The notes beneath the pieces were generated by a model. The model searched no databases. It saw nothing but the letters and a program-made list of their open reading frames with translations, and was not told the origin of the DNA. This document shows, one piece after another, positions 18,005 through 28,006 of a stretch of DNA of 64,000 bases. Source of the stretch: an uncultured Dehalococcoidia bacterium. GTDB taxonomy: Bacteria; Chloroflexota; Dehalococcoidia; Lucifugimonadales; Lucifugimonadaceae. Position numbers and translations under genes: made by a program. Within the stretch, counting starts at the first letter, position 1. Each line of letters opens with the position of its first letter. The stretch covers positions 1,961,545 through 2,025,544 of the forward strand of contig OY282385.1 of NCBI GenBank assembly GCA_958295935.1, read 5' to 3'.

Positions 18005-19267
18005 TTAGAAAACGGTCTCCGGCCAATCTATCATCTCGACCGTAACCTCATCGCCGGCTGACATCATGGCAACGTCGTCCGGGCAGATTGCCAACCCATT
18101 GGCTGCAACCATCGAGGTCAACACTCCGGAACTCTGGTTCCCGGTCGTGCGAGCCCGGTAGGAGCCGTTACGGGCCTTGTAGACCGTCACGCGGGCGTAA
18201 ACTCGCCTGCCGTCGTGATTGTAGATGTCGTCATCCAGCGTTGCACGCACACTCGGCCTCGAAACCGGGGGCAAACCAAGCATGACGCGCAAAGCCGGCC
18301 GCCCGAACTGCTCGAACGCGACCATGGCGCTCACCGGATTTCCGGGCAGGCCAAGATGGGGCACGCTACGGCCGTCCGGACCTCGGAGACTGCCAAACGC
18401 AAGCGGTTTTGCAGGTCTCATCCGTACCGACCACAGGGCTATGGATCCCCGCTCCGACAGTACGTCCTTGACCACGTCGTAGTCGCCCTTGGAAACACCG
18501 GCAGAGGTCACGATCATGTCGTATCTCATGCCGGCGTCCAGAGCCTCGTTGAGAGATTTGACAGTGTCCCTGGCGATGCCTATCACGCGCGGTTCGCCGC
18601 CGAACCGCTCCACCAGCGCAGCCACGCTGTAGGCATTGGAGTTATAGATCTTGCCTGCCTGGTGAGGCTCGCCGGGAGAGAGCAGTTCATCCCCGGTGGA
18701 AATGATCGCCACCACTGGCCGCCTCACCGCGCACACGCTCTTCCGCCCGATGGACGCCGCCACGCCGATCTCAGCCGGACGCATCAGCGAACCGCGCTTG
18801 AGCACGACCTCCCCGGCCCTGGCGTCCTCGCCGGCAGGCCGGATGTTGTCTCCAGGCTCGGCGGGGGTCCTGATCCCGATAACGTCCAGAGCCGCCCCGG
18901 CGCGACGACGCTCCATTTCGTCCGTATCCTCAAACGGGACCACCGCGTCCGCGCCCGCAGGCGCCGGCGCGCCGGTCATGATGCGGATTGCGCCGCCCGG
19001 AGGGACCGGGCGATCTGGCAACTCGCCCGCCGCAACGGAGCCTACTACCGGGAGATCCCTCGGACGTTCGGACGAAGCCGATGACGTGTCCGCCGAACGG
19101 ACGGCGTAACCGTCCATTGCGGAATTCGCCAACGGGGGTATGTCGAATGTTGCTACCAGATCCTCGTCAAGTACCCGGCCGCACGCTTCCAGCAGGGGAG
19201 TATCGACCGCATCCAGCCGGGAGAAATGCGCAAGAATTCTCTCCAGGGCATCCTCGACGCTCAGCAT
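18005..19267 (-). CDS. moeA: Molybdopterin molybdotransferase MoeA.
   Basis: MLSVEDALERILAHF...LANSAMDGYAVR...GDNIRP is the MoeA/gephyrin E-domain. The ATG at 19265-19267 is preferred over the upstream track start at 19357. Confidence 0.8.
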   Translation of the reverse strand: MLSVEDALERILAHFSRLDAVDTPLLEACGRVLDEDLVATFDIPPLANSAMDGYAVRSADTSSASSERPRDLPVVGSVAAGELPDRPVPPGGAIRIMTGAPAPAGADAVVPFEDTDEMERRRAGAALDVIGIRTPAEPGDNIRPAGEDARAGEVVLKRGSLMRPAEIGVAASIGRKSVCAVRRPVVAIISTGDELLSPGEPHQAGKIYNSNAYSVAALVERFGGEPRVIGIARDTVKSLNEALDAGMRYDMIVTSAGVSKGDYDVVKDVLSERGSIALWSVRMRPAKPLAFGSLRGPDGRSVPHLGLPGNPVSAMVAFEQFGRPALRVMLGLPPVSRPSVRATLDDDIYNHDGRRVYARVTVYKARNGSYRARTTGNQSSGVLTSMVAANGLAICPDDVAMMSAGDEVTVEMIDWPETVF

Positions 19268-19364
19268 GTCCGCATCATAGTGATGCCGGTGCGGGCGAGG
19301 CTCAAGCTCGCGGCGGTGCGAATGATCGGCCATGGCGGGTCTGCTATATCTCTCCATACGGGCC

Positions 19365-21779
19365 CTACTGGCGCTGTAAGGCCCCGAACTCTCTGGAAAG
19401 GGCGTTCAGGATGGAACGTTGAGCCTTTTCCACCTGACCGGCTGTCAGCGTGCGGCTGGGCGACTGGTAAACGAGCCTTACGGCAAGAGACTTCTTACCC
19501 TCCGGCAGATTGCTGCCCCGGTACACGTCGAACACGGTAGCGCTGGTTACCAACCTGTTGCGGCTGGCTACCCTGACGACGTCCGCAGCCGCCACGGTCT
19601 CGTCAACCACGACCGCCAAGTCCCTGGGAGATTCCGGGAACCTGATATAGGTTCGATATGCGCCGCCCTGTTGACTGGCCGAGACTGCTGATTCAAGCGA
19701 CGGCAGGTCTAGCTCGAACAGTGACACAGGACCAGAGTCGATCCCAAATGCCTCAAGTACGTGCGCCGCCACCTCGCCTACCACGCCAACGCGCAGCCCG
19801 CCAGCCGCCGGGACGGTCACCTCAGCGGCGCGCCCCGCTGCCAATGTCGCGTCCTCTACAGGCGAGAACTCCGCGGCAATTCCCATACGCTCCAGCGTAT
19901 CCTCCACCACGCCGCGCGCGTCATAGTAGTCGAGCTGTCCTCCTCCTCCGTCCCAATGCAATTCCGCGCGTGGGCCGGCCAGCGCTCCAACCGCCATTTC
20001 CCGCTCATCCGGCAGACCCTCACCGCGGTTGTGGAATACCTTCCCGGACTCGAACAGAGCTATGGGCCCGCGCCACGTGTGCAGATTGTTAGCCACGGCG
20101 TGGAGAATCCCCTCCCTGAGCGTCCTGCGGAGAACGGAATGACCGGCGGAGACTGGATTCAGAATGTGCACGAATTCCGGTGTGGAAGAGGGCAGATCCA
20201 ACCGCTCTTCACCCTCTGCCGTCGTGCCGGAATAGGTGATGATCTGTTGTAGTCCAGCCGCGGTTAGCCCGGCGCGTACGCGCCCGCGAAGATCCAACTC
20301 GGGATTTGGCGACCATGGCGGTAGATTGTCCGCATGAACCCTGAGCGGCAACTCATCGTAACCGATGATGCGCGCCACCTCCTCGCACAGGTCCTCGGGA
20401 ATGCCAACGTCCGGGCGCCAGTATGGAACCTTCACGTTCCAGCCTTCCCCGTCTGCGCTTACGGAGAACCCCAGCGACGTAAGGGTGGACTCCACCTGCG
20501 CGTCCGCAAGGCCGGCTCCCAGTACCCGGTCCAGCTTTTGGCGAGACAGGTAGACGAAATCTGTTTCATCGGCTTTGCCGGGCCATTCGTCCAGTATGCC
20601 CTTTGCGGCCTCGCCTCCCGCCACCTCCAGTATCAGCCTGGTAGCCCTGCGCAACGCCACCTCAGACAACCCGGCGCGCAGGCCCTTTTCAAAGCGAAGT
20701 GAAGCTTGGCTGGTCAGGCTAAGGCTTTGCGAGGTCCGTCGGTTATTTGATGGGTCGAAGGCCGCAGATTCCAGGAGGATATTCACGGTGCCGCCGCCGA
20801 TCTCCGTGTTAGCCCCCCCCATGACGCCGGCAAGGCCGATCGCACGCATCGGGTCGGCGATGACCAGCACGTCCGGCGACAGTTCCCTCTCCACGTCGTC
20901 CAGAGTTGTCAAACGCTCGCCCTCATTAGCGCGGCGCACCACGACGGTGTGATCGACCACGCGGTCGTAGTCGAAGGCATGAAGCGGCTGCCCCAATTCG
21001 AACATCACGTAGTTGGTGGCGTCCACCACGTTGTTGATTGGCCGCTCCCCAAGAGCGAGCAGAGCGTCCTTGAGCCATTTTGGCGAAGGGCCAATCTTCA
21101 CGCCTCTTATCACCGAAGCCGTGTAGCGGGGGCACAGGTCGCTGTCTTCTATTGCCAACCGCGCCAGATCGGCCGCGTCATCAGCGCCTGTCTCGTAATC
21201 GAGGTTCGGCTCGACCAAACGGGCGCCGGTTACCGCAGCGACCTCCCTGGCCACTCCCACGATGCCAAGGCAATCGGGCCGGTTGGGCGTAAGTTCCAAC
21301 TCCAGGATCGTGTCCCCGATCACCTGTCCTATCGGGGCGCCTAACTCCTCGTCGGTGTCGAGTACCAGGATTCCATCATGCTCGTCCCCAAGGCCGAGCT
21401 CCTTTTCGGAGCACACCATGCCTTCGGAAACGACCCCTCGGATTTTGGCGCGTTTCAGCCGTGAAGGTCTTCCGGTATAGCCGTCGATCAACTCCGCGCC
21501 CACAGATGCAAAGGCGATTTTCTGCCCGGCTGCAACGTTCGGCGCACCGCACACCACCTCTGCGACCCCGTTCCCATGGTCCACGGTGACCAGCCTGAGC
21601 CGATCAGCATGAGGGTGAGGCGACACGTCGAGCACGTGCCCAACGACCACCCCGTCCTTGTAGCCGACGCGTTCGACTTTCTCGACTTCCGTACCGGCCA
21701 TGGAGAGGCGATGCGCCAACTCAGCCGGAGAAAGATCTACCCTCACGTAATCGCGCAGCCAGGACAAGGGGACTTTCAT
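19365..21779 (-). CDS. pheT: Phenylalanine--tRNA ligase beta subunit.
   Basis: The 804-aa protein starts MKVPLSWLRDYV, with B3/B4, tRNA-binding and FDX-ACB domain patterns. Confidence 0.9.
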   Translation of the reverse strand: MKVPLSWLRDYVRVDLSPAELAHRLSMAGTEVEKVERVGYKDGVVVGHVLDVSPHPHADRLRLVTVDHGNGVAEVVCGAPNVAAGQKIAFASVGAELIDGYTGRPSRLKRAKIRGVVSEGMVCSEKELGLGDEHDGILVLDTDEELGAPIGQVIGDTILELELTPNRPDCLGIVGVAREVAAVTGARLVEPNLDYETGADDAADLARLAIEDSDLCPRYTASVIRGVKIGPSPKWLKDALLALGERPINNVVDATNYVMFELGQPLHAFDYDRVVDHTVVVRRANEGERLTTLDDVERELSPDVLVIADPMRAIGLAGVMGGANTEIGGGTVNILLESAAFDPSNNRRTSQSLSLTSQASLRFEKGLRAGLSEVALRRATRLILEVAGGEAAKGILDEWPGKADETDFVYLSRQKLDRVLGAGLADAQVESTLTSLGFSVSADGEGWNVKVPYWRPDVGIPEDLCEEVARIIGYDELPLRVHADNLPPWSPNPELDLRGRVRAGLTAAGLQQIITYSGTTAEGEERLDLPSSTPEFVHILNPVSAGHSVLRRTLREGILHAVANNLHTWRGPIALFESGKVFHNRGEGLPDEREMAVGALAGPRAELHWDGGGGQLDYYDARGVVEDTLERMGIAAEFSPVEDATLAAGRAAEVTVPAAGGLRVGVVGEVAAHVLEAFGIDSGPVSLFELDLPSLESAVSASQQGGAYRTYIRFPESPRDLAVVVDETVAAADVVRVASRNRLVTSATVFDVYRGSNLPEGKKSLAVRLVYQSPSRTLTAGQVEKAQRSILNALSREFGALQRQ

Positions 21780-21885
21780 AGCTTGCCGCCGTGGTTCAAG
21801 TCCGGAAGATCCCTGTGGTAGAGAGCCTGGTATTTCATCGTTTCATCTGTCTGTGCACGGATCGAGACAGCTAGGTCGAAGTGGT

Positions 21886-22938
21886 TCAAAACTGTGTCAG
21901 GAAGCGTAAATCGTTGGCGAAGAAGTGGCGAATGTCGTCGATGCCATGCCTGAGCATGGCGATACGTTCGGGGCCCATGCCGAAAGCGTATCCGGTGTAC
22001 CGCTCCGGGTCGTGCCCTGCATTGCGCAGCACGTTCGGATGCACCATACCCGCGCCCAATATCTCGATATATCCGGTCTGCTTGCACAACCTGCATCCCT
22101 GGCCAAAGCACTTGAAGCAATCGACCGCCATCTCAACGCCTGGCTCCACGAACGGAAAGAAATCACAGCGGAACCGCACTTTGCGATCCGGGCCAAAGAT
22201 ACGCCGCGCGAACTCGTACAGCGTACCTTTGAGGTCGGCAAACGTAATGTCAGTGTCCACCGCCAGCCCCTCGATCTGATGGAACTGCCACTCGTGGGTT
22301 GCGTCGGTAGCCTCGAAGCGGTAGCACAGTCCCGGCACGACTATGCGCACCGGCGGGGTCGTACTTTCCAGCGTCCGAACCTGCATCGGAGAGGTCTGAG
22401 TCCTGAGCAGAATGCCGTCACCGCCGGAGCGGTCTATCCAGATCGTGTCGTGTGAGTCCCTCGCCGGGTGGTCCGGCGGGATGTTGAGCATGTCGAAGTT
22501 GTAGCGTTCCCACTCGACCTGCGGCCCCTCCACGGTCTGGAACCCCATGGCATTGAATGCGGCCAGGATTTCTTGAATGGTCTGCGTCGACGGGTGCAAC
22601 CGGCCCCTGACGTGTCTCCGGCCCGGCAGGGTCACGTCAATCGCACCGATAGGTCCCGGGGTTCCAGAGGCCGCGAGCCTTTTGTCCAGAAGTCCTTCTA
22701 GGCGCGCTTTGGCTCGATTGGCCGCTGCTCCGGCCACCCTGCGATCAGCCGCGGGGAGGCTGCCCAGACTGCGCAGTATCGACGTGAGGGCGCCGCGCCT
22801 GCCCAGGTATTTGACGCGCCACGCCTCCAGCTTCTCGCCCTCGCCGCCCAATGCCTCCAACTCTCGTTCGGCGCTGGACGTGAGCCGTTCTATGGCCTGG
22901 GGCGTGGCCGAACTGTTTCCGTTTGCGGAATCCGTCAT
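21886..22938 (-). CDS. pheS: Phenylalanine--tRNA ligase alpha subunit.
   Basis: It has class II aaRS motifs (...FRCDFFPFVEPGVE...GAGMVHPNVL) and lies 106 bp upstream of pheT. Confidence 0.9.
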   Translation of the reverse strand: MTDSANGNSSATPQAIERLTSSAERELEALGGEGEKLEAWRVKYLGRRGALTSILRSLGSLPAADRRVAGAAANRAKARLEGLLDKRLAASGTPGPIGAIDVTLPGRRHVRGRLHPSTQTIQEILAAFNAMGFQTVEGPQVEWERYNFDMLNIPPDHPARDSHDTIWIDRSGGDGILLRTQTSPMQVRTLESTTPPVRIVVPGLCYRFEATDATHEWQFHQIEGLAVDTDITFADLKGTLYEFARRIFGPDRKVRFRCDFFPFVEPGVEMAVDCFKCFGQGCRLCKQTGYIEILGAGMVHPNVLRNAGHDPERYTGYAFGMGPERIAMLRHGIDDIRHFFANDLRFLTQF

Positions 22939-23363
22939 CAGTTTGTCAATCGTCAGAAGCCGTGGAGTGAGTGCAACGCAAGTCGCCTTCGATTATAAAC
23001 GGCCGGTCGATTGGCCCGATGCAGTGCGCCGACCCCCTTTGAGCGCGTCTCAAATTGGGAAACAATGGCTAGCCAGCGCCGCCTTGCCGCAAGTCGCGGG
23101 AAGTTCTCTACGGAATGGGTTGATCTTCAGGCATAACGTAATACATGCTAAAGGCGGTCTCTGAATACGAATATATGCATAGCACGGGTGTTATCGGTGT
23201 ATATCGCTATGTTTTCAGATGCAACCCGTGCATGGACTCTACAAAGACGCTCTAAGACGGGCCGTAGACCAAAGACTAGGCCGAACCGCTTGTAGTAACT
23301 TCAAGTTTCTTCACGAGGCGAACGCCTCACCGGGCCAGATGGCGATCTTGAAGCGAGGATGCT

Positions 23364-23510
23364 ATGGAAGCGTATTGCATGAAGTGTAAGGCCAAGCGGG
23401 AGATGAAGGATCCTGTGCCGTACGAGATGAAGAACAAACGTCCGGCCACTAAAGGCTTTTGCCCAACGTGCGGGACGAAGATGTTCAAGATCGGCAGCGG
23501 CAAGTCGTAG
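23364..23510 (+). CDS. Small zinc-ribbon protein, DUF5679-like, 48 aa.
   Basis: MEAYCMKCKAKREMKDPVPYEMKNKRPATKGFCPTCGTKMFKIGSGKS has CxxC...CxxC, and AGGAUG precedes the ATG. It is shorter than 60 aa, so it is absent from the ORF track. Confidence 0.5.
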   Translation: MEAYCMKCKAKREMKDPVPYEMKNKRPATKGFCPTCGTKMFKIGSGKS

Positions 23511-23702
23511 GCACGGCCATCCCGCGTATTCCGCCGCGCACAGAGCGCATCGGGAGCGCAACAGGCTACGGAAAGCTCGTCTCTTGGTTCTTGGCGGGTT
23601 ATTCGCGCGAGTCGCGCACGAACGCATCCCGACTCCCATAGGCCGCACAAGCAGATAGGGTACAGTGCCGCCTTGTCACCCATACCAGCTTAGGAGCCCC
23701 CT

Positions 23703-24629
23703 ATGGAAAAGGTCCCGTTCGGTAATACAGGTTTGCAGGTGAGCCGCCTGGGCGTGGGTCTGGCCGAGATCGGCAGTGAGCTTCAACTCCACGACGTCCA
23801 CGTCGTGGAGTCCCTTCTTGGACGGGCTCTCGATAACGGCATCAACTTCCTGGATACCAGCGCTTGCTACGGCATCAGTGAGGAGTTGATTGGCAAGGCT
23901 ATACCGGGGCGCCGGGCTGAGTACATACTGGCGACCAAGGCGGGTCACGTGACAGGGGGCTATGAGGGGGAACCGTGGACCCGATCCACTGTCTCGGACA
24001 GCATCGACCGAAGCCTCCGTCGAATGCGCACCGACCGCGTGGACCTGGTGCAACTCCATTCATGCGACAAAGCTCTACTTGAGCGCGGCGACGCCATCAG
24101 GGGGCTACAGGACGCCAGGGACGCCGGAAAGACCCGCTTCATCGGTTACAGCGGGGACAACGAAAACGCCCATTGGGCGGTGGACAGCGGTCTATTCGAC
24201 ACTCTGCAGACCAGCTTCAACCTCGTCGAGCAAAGCCCGCGTGCTTCCGGTCTGCTGGAAAAGGCAGACGGCGCCGGTATGGGCATCATCATCAAACGTC
24301 CTATTGCCAACGGATCGTGGAACGCCGTCAAGTCTGGTCGTCCCAAAGAACAACTCCGTCCATACGCACATACATACTACGAGCGAGCCAGGCAGATGGC
24401 GGCGCTCGGCGATATTCCGGGCGAGCCGGCAGACCCGATTCTAACGTCGTTCGGGTTCACCCTCGCTCAGCCGCAGGTAGACGTGGTAATCGCCGGCACC
24501 AAGAACCCGGACCACCTGACCTCTAACGTGAGGATGGTCAATGAGAGCCTGCCCATCGACGCCGGGGTGGTAGAAGAGTTGCACCGCCGGTTCGAGCAGC
24601 TTGATGACGGGTGGCACGGCCTTACGTGA
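23703..24629 (+). CDS. Aldo/keto reductase.
   Basis: It contains ...NGINFLDTSACYGISEELIGKAI... and the AKR catalytic tetrad context. Confidence 0.8.
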   Translation: MEKVPFGNTGLQVSRLGVGLAEIGSELQLHDVHVVESLLGRALDNGINFLDTSACYGISEELIGKAIPGRRAEYILATKAGHVTGGYEGEPWTRSTVSDSIDRSLRRMRTDRVDLVQLHSCDKALLERGDAIRGLQDARDAGKTRFIGYSGDNENAHWAVDSGLFDTLQTSFNLVEQSPRASGLLEKADGAGMGIIIKRPIANGSWNAVKSGRPKEQLRPYAHTYYERARQMAALGDIPGEPADPILTSFGFTLAQPQVDVVIAGTKNPDHLTSNVRMVNESLPIDAGVVEELHRRFEQLDDGWHGLT

Positions 24630-25810
24630 GCCGCCCTTCGGCTTCGGATGACGCAGCAGCGGCGCCGGAAACGGATCACCAACTGGCGGCGGCCAGTCTG
24701 GAACGGCACAAACTGGCCGTAACGGCTGCGAGTATAGTTCTGAGCCTCACGGCTCCCGTGCTCTTCATCCTGTTCGACGGGACGCAGGCGCTGCGAGACC
24801 TCGCCGAGCAATGGTCGCCCTCACCCGCAGGCGCAATTGCGCTGTACGTCATCATCGCCGCCGCCGCGCTCGAAGTTGCAGGATTCCCGCTCGACTTCTA
24901 CTCCGGTTTCTGGCTGGAACGCAGGTTCAACCTGTCTCGCACCGGCTTCAGGACGTGGCTCGCCGACCACCTGAAGGCCGAGGCTCTTCAGCTCGCGTTC
25001 ATCCTCGCAGCCGTCGAGGCGGTCTACGCAGCAATACGAGCGTTCCCCGGGGCTTGGTGGCTCATCATCGCCGCCGGCTTCAGCCTGGTAACCGTGGTAA
25101 TAGCAGGACTCGCGCCGGTGCTGCTATTCCGCCTGTTCTTCAAGTTCGAGCCGCTTGGCGAGGGTGAACTTCGCCAAAGGTTGGTGCGCCTGTCGGAGCG
25201 TGTCGGGGCAAGAGTGCGAGGCGTGTACGTATGGAAGCTGGGCGAAAAGACGAGGCGCGCCAATGCCGCCCTGGCCGGTTGGGGGCGGACGCGCCGCATT
25301 CTCCTATCGGACACTCTCATCGACTCCTACACTCAAGACGAGATCGAAGTGGTTATGGCCCATGAACTGGCGCACCACGTGCACGGCGATATCTGGAGGG
25401 CCATTCTGCTCAGGTCGGCCCTGGCTTTCGGCGCCCTGTATCTCGTCCACCTTGGGCTGACACAGTGGTCGGAGCCCCTGGGCTATCGATCGATCTCAGA
25501 CTTTGCCAACATGCCTTTGCTCGTTCTGATAACCGCCGCCGCATCGTTTATCGCCATGCCGCTGGCAAACGCATGGTCGCGAAGGCAGGAGAGGCAGGCC
25601 GACGCGTTCGCCCTGAACGTCACCGGCATGTCTGACCAGTTCGCCTCGGCCATAGACAAGCTCGCCAGGCAAAACCTCTCACGCTACAGGTCCAACCGGA
25701 TCGTAGAGTTCTTGTTTCACTCGCACCCTCCGGTCGAAAGCCGGATCAGGTTTGCGAACGGCTTCGCGGCCTCAGACCAAGGGCAGGGCCAGCTCTCTCA
25801 ACGTTTGTGA
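24626..25810 (+). CDS. M48-family zinc metallopeptidase (Ste24/HtpX-like), membrane.
   Basis: HELAHHVH (HExxH) is present with multiple TM helices. A GTG at 24626 overlaps the reductase stop (GTGA); the track start 24611 is the alternative. Confidence 0.7.
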   Translation: MSRPSASDDAAAAPETDHQLAAASLERHKLAVTAASIVLSLTAPVLFILFDGTQALRDLAEQWSPSPAGAIALYVIIAAAALEVAGFPLDFYSGFWLERRFNLSRTGFRTWLADHLKAEALQLAFILAAVEAVYAAIRAFPGAWWLIIAAGFSLVTVVIAGLAPVLLFRLFFKFEPLGEGELRQRLVRLSERVGARVRGVYVWKLGEKTRRANAALAGWGRTRRILLSDTLIDSYTQDEIEVVMAHELAHHVHGDIWRAILLRSALAFGALYLVHLGLTQWSEPLGYRSISDFANMPLLVLITAAASFIAMPLANAWSRRQERQADAFALNVTGMSDQFASAIDKLARQNLSRYRSNRIVEFLFHSHPPVESRIRFANGFAASDQGQGQLSQRL

Positions 25811-25844
25811 CGAGCGCTCTGCGAGGAGCCCCTTGGCGCACCGA

Positions 25845-27812
25845 TTACGGCCCCGCGAGCGTTGTTTCGGCCGGTAAGTTCTCGATGTCGATAGGCTCGA
25901 TCTCGTCCGCCGGGTGGAACCCGAATATCTTGCCGTAGAAGTACAGTTCCGCTTCTAGCGAGCGGCGGATGTTCGCCGCAATCCTGAAGCCGTGCTGCTC
26001 ACCCTCGAATGGCAGGTAGGCGAACGGCGTTCCCTTTGCCCGCAGCGCCTCCACCATCGCCTCGGCCTGCGACGGCGGCACTATCTCGTCCTCCAGCCCT
26101 TGCAAGATGATGAGCGGGCACGACAGCCGGTCAACGTAGTCGATCGGCGAGCGTTCGCGATATAGCTTCCTGGCTTCCGGGTATGGCCCGATCAGTCCGT
26201 CGAGGTATCGGGATTCGAACTTGTGGGTATCGGCAGCCAGCGTCTCTGCGTCCGCCACTCCGTAGTAGCTGGCGCCGGCGGCAAAATAGTCGTGGAACAC
26301 AAGCGCGCACAAAGTGGTGTAACCGCCGGCGCTGCCTCCCTTGATGATCAACCTGCGCCCATCTGCCAACCCCTCGCTCACCAGATACCGGGCGGCATTG
26401 ACGCAATCTTCGGTATCCACGACCCCCCAGCGGCCCTTGAGCGCGTCGCGGTACGCCCGCCCGTATCCTGTCGAGCCGCGGTAGTTGACGTCCACGATTG
26501 CGAAGCCCCGGCTTGTCCAGAATTGCGTGGACATGCTGAAAGCCGCCGACGTTGCGCCTGTGGGGCCGCCATGGCTCAACACTATGAGCGGCGGTTTCTC
26601 ATCAGGGCCGGCCTCGTAATCGGCGCTGGCAGGAGGATAGTAGAGGGCGTGAGCCTCCTCTCCGTCGCCGGTGGGGTACGTAATGCTCTGCGCTGAGGAC
26701 AGATAGCCGGGCGCGACCTTCACCTTTGCGCTGCGCTTTAGTACCTCGACGGCTCCTCCGTCCATCTCCACGCGTACGACGGCTGCCGCATCAGACGGGC
26801 TCGCGGCGACCAGCAGAACTTCGTTTCCCGCTGCGGCCAGGCCGCCTATAGACGTGTAGGGCAGCGCTATCTCTTGCGCCAGCCCGTTCTGGCCGATGAG
26901 TACCAGCCGGTCGCCCTCCCGGCGCTCCACCTTGAGCGCGATACGCCCATCCGCCAGAAAGGCGTAGGTCGATTGCCCGAACTGCCATTGCGGTTCACCG
27001 CACTCCGCCTCCACCGGGTAGACCGGATGCGCCTCGCCGTCCCGGTACGCGTAGAGGTTCCACCAGCCGGTGCGGTCTGAGACGAAATGCAATGTTCCGT
27101 CCGGAGACCATTCAGGCTGAAAGACGCTCTCATCGCGCCCGCCCGCGGCCAGCGCCGCGTTCTCGGCAGTACCGTCTCGGCGCAACTCTGCAACCCAAAG
27201 TTCCGTGCCGTCCCACGGCATGTTGGGGTGGTCCCAAGCCGTGTAGGCGACGCGGCGGCCATCAGGTGAGATACGCGGAAAAGAATAGAAGTCTCGCCCG
27301 TGGGCCAGTGTCTGAGGCTCGCCGCCGTGCGACGGTGTGCAGACGATCTCGTTGACCGCCTCCCCGCCCTCGACGTGCCTTTCCCTGACGCACAAGAGGA
27401 ACTGCCCGTCCGGGGTCAGTCGGGTGTCGGCAAACCGGTCGCCGCATGGGATAGCGGGTTCCGGAGTGATCGGAAAGGGCGCCTCACCCGCGGCCTGTCT
27501 GTAGAGCCGCTGATCGGCGAAGTTGGAAAAATAGACCGCGCCATCCCGAACCTCATACGCGCCGCCGCCGTACTCGTGAACGCGGTTGCGCACGTCATAG
27601 CCTTCCGGCGTTACGTCCACCGCCCCGGATCCGTCCGCGAGCCGCACGACCACGTTCCTGCCGCCCTCGCCGGGCCGACCTTCCAGCCAGTACACGTTCT
27701 CGCCGTCCAGCCTAATCGCGCCAAGCCTCACCCCGGACTCCGTCACCATCTCCAGCGTGACCGGCGACTTCCAGGACCCATACGGCGCGGTTTTCAAATT
27801 TCTAATGGACAA
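25845..27812 (-). CDS. S9-family serine peptidase (prolyl oligopeptidase / acylaminoacyl-peptidase-like) with an N-terminal beta-propeller.
   Basis: The catalytic GGSAGG nucleophile motif is present, as are the C-terminal D and H residues (...LEDEIVPP...GEQHGF). A TTG start follows GGAGG. Confidence 0.8.
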   Translation of the reverse strand: MSIRNLKTAPYGSWKSPVTLEMVTESGVRLGAIRLDGENVYWLEGRPGEGGRNVVVRLADGSGAVDVTPEGYDVRNRVHEYGGGAYEVRDGAVYFSNFADQRLYRQAAGEAPFPITPEPAIPCGDRFADTRLTPDGQFLLCVRERHVEGGEAVNEIVCTPSHGGEPQTLAHGRDFYSFPRISPDGRRVAYTAWDHPNMPWDGTELWVAELRRDGTAENAALAAGGRDESVFQPEWSPDGTLHFVSDRTGWWNLYAYRDGEAHPVYPVEAECGEPQWQFGQSTYAFLADGRIALKVERREGDRLVLIGQNGLAQEIALPYTSIGGLAAAGNEVLLVAASPSDAAAVVRVEMDGGAVEVLKRSAKVKVAPGYLSSAQSITYPTGDGEEAHALYYPPASADYEAGPDEKPPLIVLSHGGPTGATSAAFSMSTQFWTSRGFAIVDVNYRGSTGYGRAYRDALKGRWGVVDTEDCVNAARYLVSEGLADGRRLIIKGGSAGGYTTLCALVFHDYFAAGASYYGVADAETLAADTHKFESRYLDGLIGPYPEARKLYRERSPIDYVDRLSCPLIILQGLEDEIVPPSQAEAMVEALRAKGTPFAYLPFEGEQHGFRIAANIRRSLEAELYFYGKIFGFHPADEIEPIDIENLPAETTLAGP

Positions 27813-28006
27813 AGACAGTACCTCCGGATGTTTGACCTGCCTGGATCATATAGGCGCCGGCAGCGCGGTGACGCAGCGGGAGTGGACGGGGTAGGCCGTT
27901 TGGTGGCGGGATGGTCGCCTTCGCAGCGTTTTCTGGCTTGCGGCGGAATGACGGGGGAAGAGGGCTGCTCGACTGCCTGGGCGCGCCCCGGTCGATTGTC
28001 GTCTGT

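Noticed and set aside
22939-23330. T-box riboswitch upstream of pheS
   Set aside because: I searched the minus-strand leader for the AGGGUGGNACCGCG core (forward rc cgcggtnccaccct) and did not find it.
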